From assembly GCF_034433535.1 (NCBI RefSeq), contig NZ_DAOUAO010000122.1, positions 5,009 to 69,008 of the forward strand: a stretch of 64,000 nucleotides of DNA, in the 5' to 3' direction. Below the pieces are notes generated by a model. That model was given only the letters and a program-made list of their open reading frames with translations. It did not search any database and had not been told where the DNA came from. Both the position numbers and the translations under genes were made by a program. This document shows positions 46,773 through 55,697 of this stretch, piece by piece (position 1 is the stretch's first letter; every line of letters starts with the position of its first letter). The stretch is from Tepidiforma sp. Lineage in GTDB: Bacteria; Chloroflexota; Dehalococcoidia; Tepidiformales; Tepidiformaceae.

Positions 46773-48059
46773 ATGCCACAGTTCCTGCCCTTCCGCGGGC
46801 TCCGCTACACCAACGCTGCCGGCCCGCTCGATGACCTGCTCGCCCCCCCGTATGACGTGATCGGCCCGGCGATGCAGCGGACCCTCGCGAACCGCAACCC
46901 GCACAACGCCGTCCACCTCGAGCTGGCCGAAGGCGGCGAGGAGCGGTACGAGCGGGTGGCGCGGCTGGTCGAAGACTGGATTGCGCGCGGCGTGCTGGCG
47001 CGCGACGAACGCCCGCAGCTGTATGTCTACGAGCAGGAGTTCATCGAAGGCGGGCACGTGTTCACGCGGCGGGCGGTGATGGCGGCCGTGGAGGCGCAGC
47101 CGTGGGAGGAAGGCGCGGTCAAGCCGCACGAGTTCACCATGTCGGGGCCGAAGGAGGACCGCCTGAAGCTGCTGCAGGCGACGGGCATCCAGTTCAGCCC
47201 GGTGTTCTGCATCGCGCGGGACCGGGCCGGGCAGCTGCGGCAATTCATCGAACGGACCATCGCGGAACAGCCGCCGACTGCCATCGCGACGAGCCTCGAG
47301 GGTGACCACCACCGCTTCTGGGCCGTGGAGGCAGGGAGGTATGAAATGCGGCAGCTGGCGCCGCTCCTCGCCGAGTCGTTCTACATCGCCGATGGGCACC
47401 ATCGCTACGAGACGGCAGTGAACTACCGCAACTGGCGGCTCGCGAAGGAACAGCTGCCGCCCGACCACCCGGCCCGCTTCACGATGGCGGCGATCGTCGC
47501 GGCGGATGACCCCGGGCTGGTGCTGCGCCCGATTCACCGGCTGGTGCCGCGGCCGGCGCCGGCCGACTGGCGGGATCGCCTCGGTGGGGCATTCGACATC
47601 GAGCATGTGAAACTCGCCGGCGACCGTGCAGAGCAGCGGGCGGAGATTCTCGCGCTGCTCGAGTCCTGCGATACCGTCGCGTTCGAACTCGAGCCGCGCC
47701 AGGTGCATGCGCTGCGCCGCAAACCCGGGGTGCCGCTTGCCGGCTCGCCGCCCGCCGGGCATTCGGACCAGTGGCTCGGCATTCCGCCGAACCTGCTGCG
47801 CTACGGAGTGCTCGAGCCGCTCTGGGGCATCAGCGACGAGGACCTGCGCGCCGGGGCCGTGGAGTACACGCACGACCTGGAGGACGTGTTCGACTTCCTC
47901 GACCGGCACCCGGGCGCGTCGACGGCGTTGCTGCTGAACCCGGTGACGGTGCAGGACGTGATGCGCCTCGCCGACCAGGGCGAGCGCATGCCCCAGAAGT
48001 CGACGTTCTTTCACCCGAAACTGGGCACGGGACTGGTGTTCTACCCGCTCAATCCGTAG
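46773..48059 (+). CDS. DUF1015 family protein
   Basis: MPQFLPFRGLRYTN..LLAPPYDVI N-terminus and IADGHHRYETA motif characteristic of DUF1015. GGAG SD. Start trimmed to ATG 46773. Confidence 0.8.
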   Translation: MPQFLPFRGLRYTNAAGPLDDLLAPPYDVIGPAMQRTLANRNPHNAVHLELAEGGEERYERVARLVEDWIARGVLARDERPQLYVYEQEFIEGGHVFTRRAVMAAVEAQPWEEGAVKPHEFTMSGPKEDRLKLLQATGIQFSPVFCIARDRAGQLRQFIERTIAEQPPTAIATSLEGDHHRFWAVEAGRYEMRQLAPLLAESFYIADGHHRYETAVNYRNWRLAKEQLPPDHPARFTMAAIVAADDPGLVLRPIHRLVPRPAPADWRDRLGGAFDIEHVKLAGDRAEQRAEILALLESCDTVAFELEPRQVHALRRKPGVPLAGSPPAGHSDQWLGIPPNLLRYGVLEPLWGISDEDLRAGAVEYTHDLEDVFDFLDRHPGASTALLLNPVTVQDVMRLADQGERMPQKSTFFHPKLGTGLVFYPLNP

Positions 48060-48777
48060 TCGCGGCGGCCTCGCCGGGTGCGGGGTCGGCTTCATCGGCC
48101 TGGAACAGGTAGCCGATCCCCGGGAGCGTGCGGATGACCGCCGGGTTGGCCGGGTCGTCTTCGATTTTTGCCCGGAGCCTCGAGACCCAGACGCGCAGGT
48201 ACTGCAGGTCGTCCCGGTATTCGGGGCCCCAGACCCGGGTAAGAAGCTCCGGGGCATGGATGACCCGGCCGGCGCTTGCCGCCAGCTCCTGGAGCAGCTG
48301 CCACTCCGTGCGGGTAAGCGGAAGCGGGTGCCCGTCCTTCTCGGCGAGGCGCCGCTCCAGGTCGACGGACAGGCTCCCCGCGCGGACGATGCGGGGTCCT
48401 TCCGGGGGACGGGTGCGCCGGAGCACCGCCCGGATGCGGGCCGCGAGCTCGTCGGGGTGGAACGGCTTGACGACGTAGTCATCGGCGCCAAGTTCGAGCC
48501 CGCGGACCTTTTCGCGGGGACTGTCGCGGGCGGTGAGGAGGATGACCGGGACCGGCGACCGTTCACGCAGCTGACGGAGGAGGTCGAGCCCGGAGACGCC
48601 AGGCATCATTACGTCGAGCAGCACCGCATCGGGTCGCTGCTCGGCGAAGACGCGAAGCGCATCACGTGCGCTGGCCGCAGTGAGGATGCGGAATCCTCGC
48701 CCGGCGAGCTCCATTTCGAGCACCCGGACGACCGCGGGCTCATCGTCGACAACCAGCAGCACAGGTTCAGAGGTCAT
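48049..48777 (-). CDS. OmpR/PhoB-family response regulator
   Basis: Receiver domain (LLVVDDEP, LDVMMPGVSG, DDYVVKPF) and a winged-helix output (LTRTEWQLLQELA..IRTLPGIGY). GGAGG SD. Overlaps the kinase gene's 3' end by 11 nt. Confidence 0.9.
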   Translation of the reverse strand: MTSEPVLLVVDDEPAVVRVLEMELAGRGFRILTAASARDALRVFAEQRPDAVLLDVMMPGVSGLDLLRQLRERSPVPVILLTARDSPREKVRGLELGADDYVVKPFHPDELAARIRAVLRRTRPPEGPRIVRAGSLSVDLERRLAEKDGHPLPLTRTEWQLLQELAASAGRVIHAPELLTRVWGPEYRDDLQYLRVWVSRLRAKIEDDPANPAVIRTLPGIGYLFQADEADPAPGEAAATTD

Positions 48778-50521
48778 CGTGCACCTCCGGTTCCGGGAAT
48801 CGGGGAAGGACGAACGTAACCGCGAGGCCGCCGCCCTCCCGGAGCCCGGCGGTGATAGTTCCGCCCATTGCTTCGACCAGTCGGCGGCAAACGGCCAGGC
48901 CGAGACCGGCACCCGTGGTGTTCTGGGCGGTGGCGGGCGACCGGTAGAAGCGCTCGAAGATCCTGTTCAGCTCGTCCGGGGCGACACCGGGCCCGCGGTC
49001 GGCGACGGTTACCGCCACACCATCGGGCACCTCGTGCAGGCTGACTTCGATGGGACCACCCGGAGGGCCGTAGCGGGCCGCGTTGTGGACCAGGTTGCGA
49101 AGGATGTGCTCCACCGCGACCGGGTCGGCGGAAACGGGCGGGAGGGTTTCGTCCCCGCGGACCTCGAGGCGGCAGGAGTTGCCGGGGTCGAGCCCCGCGC
49201 AGAGACGCGGAATGAGCCTCTGGAGGAGCACCGGCTCGGACGTGGCCAGGGCGTCGAGTTCGGCGCGCGAGAGTGCGAGGAGGTCCTGGAGCATGCGAGC
49301 GAGCCGAAGGGATTCGCGCTCGAGGTCGGCCAGGACGGCATCGGCGGCCGGGTCGAGCCGGGAACCGTGATGGTCGCGCAGGTAGCGGACGCCGCCCTGG
49401 ATGACGGTCACCGGGGTGCGCAACTCGTGCGACATGACGCCGAGGAACTCGTCCTTGGCGTCGTTCGCGCGGCGGGCGTCCGCGTAGAGGCGGGCGTTTT
49501 CGATGGCCAGGCCGACCCGTGTTCCAAGCTGCCGCGCGATCACCAGGTCCGCGCCATGGAACGGCGCGGAGGGGGCAAATCGGAGGAAGGCCATGGCGCC
49601 GAAGACCTGGCGCCCGGATTCGACGGGGACGACGATCGCGGAGCGCGGCTGGCATGGTCCGCCTTCGCCGCCGGGCAGGAGGCCGAAGAGGCGGCGCAAC
49701 GTTGCCGGTTCGGCAGCGCCGACAAACCAGGCGACCCCGTCGTTGGCTGCGGCCGACATCGCGTGAGGGAGCCCGCCCGAGAGGTCGACCGCGAGCAGCC
49801 CGGCGACCACGTCGCTGACCTCGGGGGTTTCGAACGCCTCGGCCACCCGCCGGGTGGTGCGGCCGTCACGGAGGTCGACCAGGCAGGCCCCGGCGAACTC
49901 CGGCACCAGGCGCCGGGCCAGCGCCGGGAGCGTTTCGGATGGGTCGAGGCTGGCGTTGAGCGCCAGGCCGGCATCGGCCAGGAGCTGGAGCGAGTAATTC
50001 GCCCGCCGGAGTTCATGCTCGCTGCGGACGGCGGCCTGGTAGAGCCCGGCAATGGCCGCCTCGCGGTTCAGCTGGCGACGGAGGAGGCTGCGCAGGCGCC
50101 CACCGAAGAGCGCGAACAGGCCTCCTTCGATGAGGAAGGCGGCTCCCGCTACGAGGTCCCCGGCTGCGAGGTCGAAGCCGGTTCGTTCGCCGATAAAGAA
50201 GTAGTTGGCGATGAGCACCGAAAGTGTTGCCGCGACGAGCGCGGGGCCCGCACCCGCGAAGATGGCGGCTGCAGCCACCGCTCCGAGAAAAATGAACAGG
50301 GTGGGCGCGAGGCCGCCGACAGCGAGGTCGAGCGCTGCCCTCAGCCCGGCGGCCGCAGCGACGGTGGCAACCGCGAGGGCGTAGCCGCGGGCGCGCTGGG
50401 GCTGGTCGCGCTCAGCGACCCAGCGGAGCAGGCCCTGCAGCCGCTGCGGCGGCACTACCAGCGGCCCGGGGACGGCGGACAGGCGCTCGCCCGAAGGCTG
50501 GCCGGCCTGCGGGGCAGTCAT
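48767..50521 (-). CDS. sensor histidine kinase, DUF4118-like membrane domain + GAF + HisKA + HATPase
   Basis: N-terminal four-helix membrane segment resembling the KdpD C-terminal module, a GAF-like middle, H-box SHELRTPVTVI, and G boxes DRGPGV and GAGLGLAV. Confidence 0.88.
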   Translation of the reverse strand: MTAPQAGQPSGERLSAVPGPLVVPPQRLQGLLRWVAERDQPQRARGYALAVATVAAAAGLRAALDLAVGGLAPTLFIFLGAVAAAAIFAGAGPALVAATLSVLIANYFFIGERTGFDLAAGDLVAGAAFLIEGGLFALFGGRLRSLLRRQLNREAAIAGLYQAAVRSEHELRRANYSLQLLADAGLALNASLDPSETLPALARRLVPEFAGACLVDLRDGRTTRRVAEAFETPEVSDVVAGLLAVDLSGGLPHAMSAAANDGVAWFVGAAEPATLRRLFGLLPGGEGGPCQPRSAIVVPVESGRQVFGAMAFLRFAPSAPFHGADLVIARQLGTRVGLAIENARLYADARRANDAKDEFLGVMSHELRTPVTVIQGGVRYLRDHHGSRLDPAADAVLADLERESLRLARMLQDLLALSRAELDALATSEPVLLQRLIPRLCAGLDPGNSCRLEVRGDETLPPVSADPVAVEHILRNLVHNAARYGPPGGPIEVSLHEVPDGVAVTVADRGPGVAPDELNRIFERFYRSPATAQNTTGAGLGLAVCRRLVEAMGGTITAGLREGGGLAVTFVLPRFPEPEVHDDL

Positions 50522-50522
50522 C

Positions 50523-51923
50523 TCAGGGTCCCGTCATGCGGCGGTAGTCGAACAGCCGGTCGAGTTCGCGCTCGCTGAGGCCAAGCTCGCGACGGGCGGC
50601 CTCGCGGATGGTCAGGCCCTCGGCGAGAGCGATGTTCACCAGGGCCGCCGCCCGCTCGTAGCCAATCTCGAGCGCGAGCGGGGTCGCCACGGCGAGGCCC
50701 TGCTCGACCATGGCCGGACCGCGGTCGGTGGCGCGGATGCCGGCGATGCACTTCTCGGCGAAGACCCCGGCAGCCGCCCCGAGGAGCTCGATGGACTCCA
50801 GCAGGGCGCTGCCGGCCACCGGGAGCATGGTGTTCAGCTCGAAGAATCCCCACTGACCCGACATCGCGATGGTGGCATCGTTGCCAACCACCCGCGCCGC
50901 GACCTGGATCACGGCCTCGGGGATCACCGGGTTCACCTTCCCGGGCATGATGCTGCTGCCCGGCTGGAGGGCGGGCAGCTCGATTTCGCCGAGCCCGGCC
51001 CGGGGCCCGCTCGCCATCAGGCGGAGGTCGTTCGCGACCTTGACGAGCGCGATGGCGCACGTGCGGAGGTGGCCGCTGGCCTCCACGATGGGGTCGATGG
51101 CGGCCTGGGCCTGGAAGTGGTTGCTGGTTTCGACCAGCTGGACGCGGGCGATCTCGGAGACGGCAGCAAGGACCCGGCCGGCGAATTCCGGGTGTGTGTT
51201 GAGCCCGGTGCCGACGGCGGTGCCGCCCAGCGGGACCTCGCGCAGGGCTTCGCCTGCCGCGGTGACCCTGCGGCGCGTGCGTTCGACCTGGCCCGCATAG
51301 CCGCGGAACTCCTGGCCGAGGCGGATGGGCACGGCGTCCATGAGGTGGGTCCGGCCGGTCTTGACAATGCCGTCGAACTCGGCGGCCTTCGCCTGGAGGA
51401 CGGCTTCGAGCCGGTACAGCGCTGGGAGCAGGTGCTCGCGAATCCGCTGGACGGCGGCGAGATGGATGGCCGTCGGGATGACGTCGTTCGACGATTGCCC
51501 GCGGTTGACGTGGTCGTTCGGGTGCACCGGGCGGTAGACGCCGCGGGGGCCGCCGCCGAGCAGCTCGTTGGCGCGGTTGGCGATGACCTCGTTGGCGTTC
51601 ATGTTCGTCGAGGTGCCGGAGCCAGTCTGGTAGATGTCGACCGGGAACTGGTCATCCCAGCGACCTTCGACGACCTCCCTTGCGGCGGTGATGATGGCCT
51701 CGGCGAGGGCGGGGTCGAGCAGGCCGAGGTCGCGGTTCGCGCGGGCTGCCCCGAGCTTGAGCAGGGCGAGGGCGCGGATGATAGGCAGCGGCATGCGCTG
51801 GCCGGAGATGGGGAAGTTCTGCACCGCCCGCGCGGTGTCGATGCCGTAGAGCGCATCGGCGGGAACGGGGAATTCGCCGAGGGCGTCATGTTCGATGCGG
51901 GTGGTTTCGCTCATGCGGGTCAC
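50523..51923 (-). CDS. aspA: aspartate ammonia-lyase (fumarase/aspartase class II family)
   Basis: Signature GSSIMPGKVNPVIPEAV (aspartases have NPV.PE; fumarases have NPTQCE) and an N-terminal YGIDTARAVQNFPISG resembling aspartases. QTGSGTSTNMN is fumarase-like, so the subfamily call is not certain. Confidence 0.8.
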   Translation of the reverse strand: MTRMSETTRIEHDALGEFPVPADALYGIDTARAVQNFPISGQRMPLPIIRALALLKLGAARANRDLGLLDPALAEAIITAAREVVEGRWDDQFPVDIYQTGSGTSTNMNANEVIANRANELLGGGPRGVYRPVHPNDHVNRGQSSNDVIPTAIHLAAVQRIREHLLPALYRLEAVLQAKAAEFDGIVKTGRTHLMDAVPIRLGQEFRGYAGQVERTRRRVTAAGEALREVPLGGTAVGTGLNTHPEFAGRVLAAVSEIARVQLVETSNHFQAQAAIDPIVEASGHLRTCAIALVKVANDLRLMASGPRAGLGEIELPALQPGSSIMPGKVNPVIPEAVIQVAARVVGNDATIAMSGQWGFFELNTMLPVAGSALLESIELLGAAAGVFAEKCIAGIRATDRGPAMVEQGLAVATPLALEIGYERAAALVNIALAEGLTIREAARRELGLSERELDRLFDYRRMTGP

Positions 51924-51964
51924 TGTACCAGCCGGCGGCGGTGCAATGGGAACGATTGCCGAGG

Positions 51965-51993
51965 TTGAACCGCGGAGGGCGTGGGCATAGACT
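51965..51993 (+). promoter_or_regulatory. putative promoter of tRNA-Val
   Basis: TTGAAC-N17-TAGACT, with the -10 ending 12 nt before the mature tRNA 5' end. Confidence 0.45.
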
Positions 51994-52005
51994 GGCGATG
52001 CTGGG

Positions 52006-52082
52006 GGGTGGTTAGCTCAGATGGTTAGAGCGCGTCGTTCACACCGACGAGGTCACTGGTTCGAGTCCAGTACCGCCCACCA
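52006..52082 (+). tRNA. tRNA-Val (anticodon CAC), CCA encoded
   Basis: Hand-folded cloverleaf: acceptor GGGTGGT/ACCGCCC (one G-U), D arm GCTC..GAGC, anticodon arm CGTCG-TTCACAC-CGACG, T arm ACTGG-TTCGAGT-CCAGT, discriminator A, CCA. Confidence 0.93.
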
Positions 52083-52095
52083 TCTTCGATTTCGG

Positions 52096-52124
52096 TTGAA
52101 CGGGCAGCCCGGGGGACCGATAAT
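52096..52124 (+). promoter_or_regulatory. putative internal promoter of tRNA-Leu/tRNA-Arg
   Basis: TTGAAC-N17-GATAAT in the 51-nt Val-Leu spacer, with the -10 ending 9 nt before tRNA-Leu. It shares the GGTTGAAC context with the upstream promoter. Confidence 0.45.
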
Positions 52125-52133
52125 CGGTGCAGT

Positions 52134-52219
52134 GCCGAAGTGGCGGAATGGCAGACGCGCTACGTTCAGGGCGTAGTGCCCGTATGGGCGTGTGAGTTCA
52201 AATCTCACCTTCGGCACCA
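52134..52219 (+). tRNA. tRNA-Leu (anticodon CAG), long variable arm, CCA encoded
   Basis: Acceptor GCCGAAG/CTTCGGC, anticodon arm CTACG-TTCAGGG-CGTAG, 15-nt variable arm, T arm GTGAG-TTCAAAT-CTCAC. 86 nt. Confidence 0.93.
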
Positions 52220-52222
52220 CTT

Positions 52223-52298
52223 GCGCCCGTAGCTCAGGGGATAGAGTGTTGGGTTGCGGACCCAAAGGTCGGAGGTTCGAATCCTCCCGGGCGTACCA
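52223..52298 (+). tRNA. tRNA-Arg (anticodon GCG), CCA encoded
   Basis: Acceptor GCGCCCG/CGGGCGT (G1-U72 wobble), anticodon arm TTGGG-TTGCGGA-CCCAA, T arm GGAGG-TTCGAAT-CCTCC. Starts 3 nt after tRNA-Leu. Confidence 0.88.
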
Positions 52299-52314
52299 TG
52301 TGACACCATGATGT

Positions 52315-52338
52315 GACGGCCGCTGCATGGCGGCCGTC
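52315..52338. terminator. hairpin between the tRNA cluster and the convergent antiporter gene
   Basis: 9-bp perfect stem GACGGCCGC / GCGGCCGTC with the 6-nt loop TGCATG. Confidence 0.5.
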
Positions 52339-52383
52339 GCGCGTTACCGGGGCAGGTCGCGGTGCGGTCCTCTCAGCTCCGGG

Positions 52384-53616
52384 TCACTGATGACCTGGTT
52401 CTCCGGCGGGCTCCCGGCCCTGCATGATGCGCACCGCGTCGCGCAGCGTACGCGGGATCTCGCGCCAGTGCCAGGCCAGGAGTGCGATGCACAGGGCGGT
52501 GTAGGCAAGACCGTAGAGGACGCGGGCGTGCTCGTTCGTGATGAACAGCTGGGTGGCGAAGAGGGCGAAAAGCGCAGCCGCCTCGAGACGCGACATGCGC
52601 AGGTTGGCGAAGACGGCAATAGCGAAGGCGCTCTGGGCCGCGGTCAGGAAGATTTCATCGCGCTGGCGCGCATCGAGGGGAAGGCCGAGCGTCCACCCAA
52701 AGTCCCCGGCGGATACGAGGAACGCGACCGGCAGGGTGCCGATGAGCAGGGTCCACTGGTTGACCTTCGACGAGATGAGGACGCCCATCCCGGCCGCGGC
52801 GCGGCCCCGCCAGGCGAGCAGGCAGGCGACCAGCACCTCGGGTGATTCGGAAGCGAGCGGGGCCAGCCACTGGATGAGGAAGAACTCGGAGATGCCGAGC
52901 TGTTCGCCCATGTGCACGAGCGACTCGGCGAACGGCTCGGCGCAGGTGAAGATTGCGGCGGCGCTGAAGGCCAGGAGCAGGACGACCACCACCCGCCGGC
53001 GCGACGGCAGCAGCGAACCAATCGCCCGGGCCGGGCCGACGAGCTCCACCTCTTCGCTCTCGACCCGTGAGGTGAAGAACATGTACATGAGGAACAGCGA
53101 CACCAGCACGATGGTGTCGATGACGGTGATGTGGGAGCGGAGCGGGATGAAGATGACGTAGGCCGTGGCGATAGCCAGGAAGGTGAGCTCGAGCGAACGC
53201 TGCCGCTCGACCACGAGCTCTTTGAGGCGGGTCCGGTAGGCGAAGAGGAAGAAGACGATCGGCCAGCCGAGACCGATCAGGAGCCGGTTCCCTCCCGTCA
53301 TGTTGGCCACCGCCAGGCCCCGTTCGGCCTCGGCCGGGTCGGCGCCGGCGTTCCACGCCAGGATGAAGTCGACCGCGTATTCAGGAAGGACGGCGATGAT
53401 GGCGATGATGGCCAGGGCGAGGCCCTGGGAGATGTCCATCTCGGCGGTTTCTGCGCCCCAGCTCAGCAGGAACGCAGCCGCGAGGATCGCCAGGCCGAAG
53501 ACGGCCGCGCCCGCCACGGCGGGCGGGTGGTAGCCGGCAAGACGGAAGGTCATCCCGGGGAGACAGGCGGCAGCGGTCGCGCCAATGAGCAGCCAGCTGC
53601 GGTTACTGTGCGGCAT
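52384..53616 (-). CDS. CaCA-family cation/Ca2+ exchanger-like membrane protein
   Basis: About 10 TM helices with an alpha-repeat-like GAETAEMDISQGLALAIIAIIAVLPEY and a second LASESPEVLVA repeat. Confidence 0.75.
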   Translation of the reverse strand: MPHSNRSWLLIGATAAACLPGMTFRLAGYHPPAVAGAAVFGLAILAAAFLLSWGAETAEMDISQGLALAIIAIIAVLPEYAVDFILAWNAGADPAEAERGLAVANMTGGNRLLIGLGWPIVFFLFAYRTRLKELVVERQRSLELTFLAIATAYVIFIPLRSHITVIDTIVLVSLFLMYMFFTSRVESEEVELVGPARAIGSLLPSRRRVVVVLLLAFSAAAIFTCAEPFAESLVHMGEQLGISEFFLIQWLAPLASESPEVLVACLLAWRGRAAAGMGVLISSKVNQWTLLIGTLPVAFLVSAGDFGWTLGLPLDARQRDEIFLTAAQSAFAIAVFANLRMSRLEAAALFALFATQLFITNEHARVLYGLAYTALCIALLAWHWREIPRTLRDAVRIMQGREPAGEPGHQ

Positions 53617-53658
53617 CGGGGTGTATCCCCCGGGCGGCGCTTGGGGTGGAGGGCGCGG

Positions 53659-54372
53659 TCATTCGTAAAAGGGGATGGGTTCGGCGTTGTCCCAGTAGTT
53701 TTCGAGTTTCCCTTCCGGCAGGCCGCGCGCCGGGTAGAAGCGGCCCTTGTGCAGCTGGTCGACCATGTGCTCCTGGCTGAGGAGCTCTTCTTCGAACACG
53801 GCAGTGAAGTAGCCGATGCCCTGGGTGCTGTGGGCATCGGAACCGCCCGTGCCGGGTTTGCCGAGGACCTTCGCGACCTGCAAGGCGAAGTAGTTTTCGC
53901 GCGGGGTGTTACAGCCGTTCAGGACCTCGATGGCGTCGACCAGCTGGAAGACCGGGAGGCGCGCGGCCTCTTCCGGCGACAGCCGGAAGGGCTCCTTGCC
54001 CTCGCGCTTGAAGTGGACGGGGTCGAAGAAGTGGCGGAAGGGATGGGCCACGATGAGGAACGCGCCCTGCTCATCCGCGATTTCCCGCAGCTTCTCCAGG
54101 CGGCGGATGCCCGGCGCATAGCCTTTGAGGCCGATGGCCAGGATGTGCCCCATATCGGTGGAGACTTCCATGCCGTTTGAGACGAAGATGCCCTCGTGCT
54201 TCTTACGAAAGGGGCCGAGGTCCCACGACTCCCACATGCGGTCGTGCTCGGTGATGTTGACGCCGGTAAGGCCGACGCGGCGCGCCTCGGCAATGAGGTC
54301 ATCGGGGTCCAGCATGGAGTCGGAAGCGCCCCTGGTGGTGTGCAGGTGCATGTCAATGATGGTGCCCGGCAC
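53659..54372 (-). CDS. PHP-domain metal-dependent phosphoesterase
   Basis: DMHLHTTRGASDS start, ITEHD, and later His/Asp ligands (VAHPFR, GGSDAHS). Confidence 0.8.
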   Translation of the reverse strand: MPGTIIDMHLHTTRGASDSMLDPDDLIAEARRVGLTGVNITEHDRMWESWDLGPFRKKHEGIFVSNGMEVSTDMGHILAIGLKGYAPGIRRLEKLREIADEQGAFLIVAHPFRHFFDPVHFKREGKEPFRLSPEEAARLPVFQLVDAIEVLNGCNTPRENYFALQVAKVLGKPGTGGSDAHSTQGIGYFTAVFEEELLSQEHMVDQLHKGRFYPARGLPEGKLENYWDNAEPIPFYE

Positions 54373-54423
54373 GCGGCGCCCTCCGGAAACTTGTTCGGAT
54401 TTTCACGAGTGGCAGGGAGTATA

Positions 54424-54843
54424 TCACCGCTCCCCCAGAAGGGGCATCGCCCAGCCGAAGAGCCCGACGAAGGAGACCGACATCGAAAGCCAGAGCCACC
54501 AGAGCCGGCGCGAGATGAGCCACAGGACCGGGACCGGCAGCCAGGCGAGGGCGGCCATGAGCAGCAGCCACGGGCCGCTGGGCGAACCGAGCGCGGGCTG
54601 CATGTCTGCGAAGTCTCCCAGGATGTAGAGGGATGCGAGGATCAGCCCGAGCATGGTCCAGATGACGCCGGTGCCAATGGAGATGGGCACCGCGAGCAGG
54701 GCGCCGGGCACTTCCGGGTCGAAGATCCGCTGCACGTGCTTCTGGAGCGCAGGCTGAACGGCGATGTAGGTAAGGGCGAAGGTCGAGAGGATGGCCATGG
54801 CATACCCGGCCGCCCAGCCGGCGATGATGGTGTTGATGGTCAT
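54424..54843 (-). CDS. hypothetical four-TM membrane protein
   Basis: 139-aa hydrophobic ORF whose start overlaps the ispE stop (ATGA). No motif recognised. Confidence 0.5.
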   Translation of the reverse strand: MTINTIIAGWAAGYAMAILSTFALTYIAVQPALQKHVQRIFDPEVPGALLAVPISIGTGVIWTMLGLILASLYILGDFADMQPALGSPSGPWLLLMAALAWLPVPVLWLISRRLWWLWLSMSVSFVGLFGWAMPLLGER

Positions 54844-55697
54844 GGCGCGGTGCTGGTCACGATGACGTCTGCGGCGAGGCCGGCCGCCCGTTCGGCAACG
54901 GCAGGCCCGGAGCCGGGGGGCCCGAGCCAGAAGCAGGTCGGGCCCGCGCCGGTTAGGCAGACCGGTTCGCCGAGCACCGATTCAAGGGTGCGGCCGGCGG
55001 CAGCAAGGCCCGGGAACACCTCCTGCGCGGCCGATTCGAGGGCGTTGGCGCCCGCGAGGTCCCGGGTGCGAAGCGAGCCGGAGCAGAGCCGCTGCAGGAC
55101 GCGCGGCACGGCCGGCGAAGGCAGGGCACCGGATGCGAGAGCGCGAAACACCGCGCCAGTCTTGCCTTCGGGGCTCCGGGCGAGCACGAACAGCACCACG
55201 TCGTGCCGGGCAAGCGGCGGAAGCGCGTCGAGCTGTTCGCCGCGGCCGCGGCCCCGGGCGGTCCCCCGCTGGAGGAAGTAGGGGACATCGCTGCCGAGCT
55301 GGAGCGCCAGCCCGGGGAGGCGGGGCTCCAGCTCCGGCCAGATGCGGGCAGCCAGCAGAAGGACAGCCGCCGCATCGGACGAGCCCCCTCCGAGCCCTGC
55401 GGCCGGCGGGATGTGCTTCTCGAGGCGGATGCGCGCCAGGGGTTCCTTGCCGGCGGCCGCGGCAGCCAGTTCGAACGCCCTCCAGGCGAGGTTGTCGGCC
55501 CCGGCGGGAGTCCCGCCGCCGCGCGGGCCGGTCACCTCGATGCCGGGTTCCGCGCCGGGCAGGAGTTGGACCGTATCGGCGAGGGCCAGCTCCTGGAAGA
55601 TGGTGTCGAGTTCGTGGTAGCCGTCGGGCCGCCGGCCGAGCACGTCGAGGGCGAGGTTGATCTTGGCAGGGGCGCGGATGAGCAGATCCTCAGGCAA
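54840..55697 (-). CDS. ispE: 4-diphosphocytidyl-2-C-methyl-D-erythritol kinase
   Basis: APAKINLALDVLGRRPDGYHEL and the GHMP motif PPAAGLGGGSSDAAA. TTG 55697 proposed as the start (GAGG 9 nt upstream, overlapping the ksgA stop), because the track's ATG would overlap ksgA by ~100 nt. Confidence 0.85.
   Translation of the reverse strand: MPEDLLIRAPAKINLALDVLGRRPDGYHELDTIFQELALADTVQLLPGAEPGIEVTGPRGGGTPAGADNLAWRAFELAAAAAGKEPLARIRLEKHIPPAAGLGGGSSDAAAVLLLAARIWPELEPRLPGLALQLGSDVPYFLQRGTARGRGRGEQLDALPPLARHDVVLFVLARSPEGKTGAVFRALASGALPSPAVPRVLQRLCSGSLRTRDLAGANALESAAQEVFPGLAAAGRTLESVLGEPVCLTGAGPTCFWLGPPGSGPAVAERAAGLAADVIVTSTAP

Noticed and set aside
50523-51923. Calling this gene class II fumarate hydratase (fumC).
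   Set aside because: The SS-loop region reads GSSIMPGKVNPVIPEAV and the N-terminus YGIDTARAVQNFPISG, both closer to aspartases than to FumC (NPTQCE). I kept it as aspartase with reduced subfamily confidence.
52053-52328. 91-aa minus-strand ORF.
   Set aside because: It lies entirely across the three tRNA genes, so it is an artefact.
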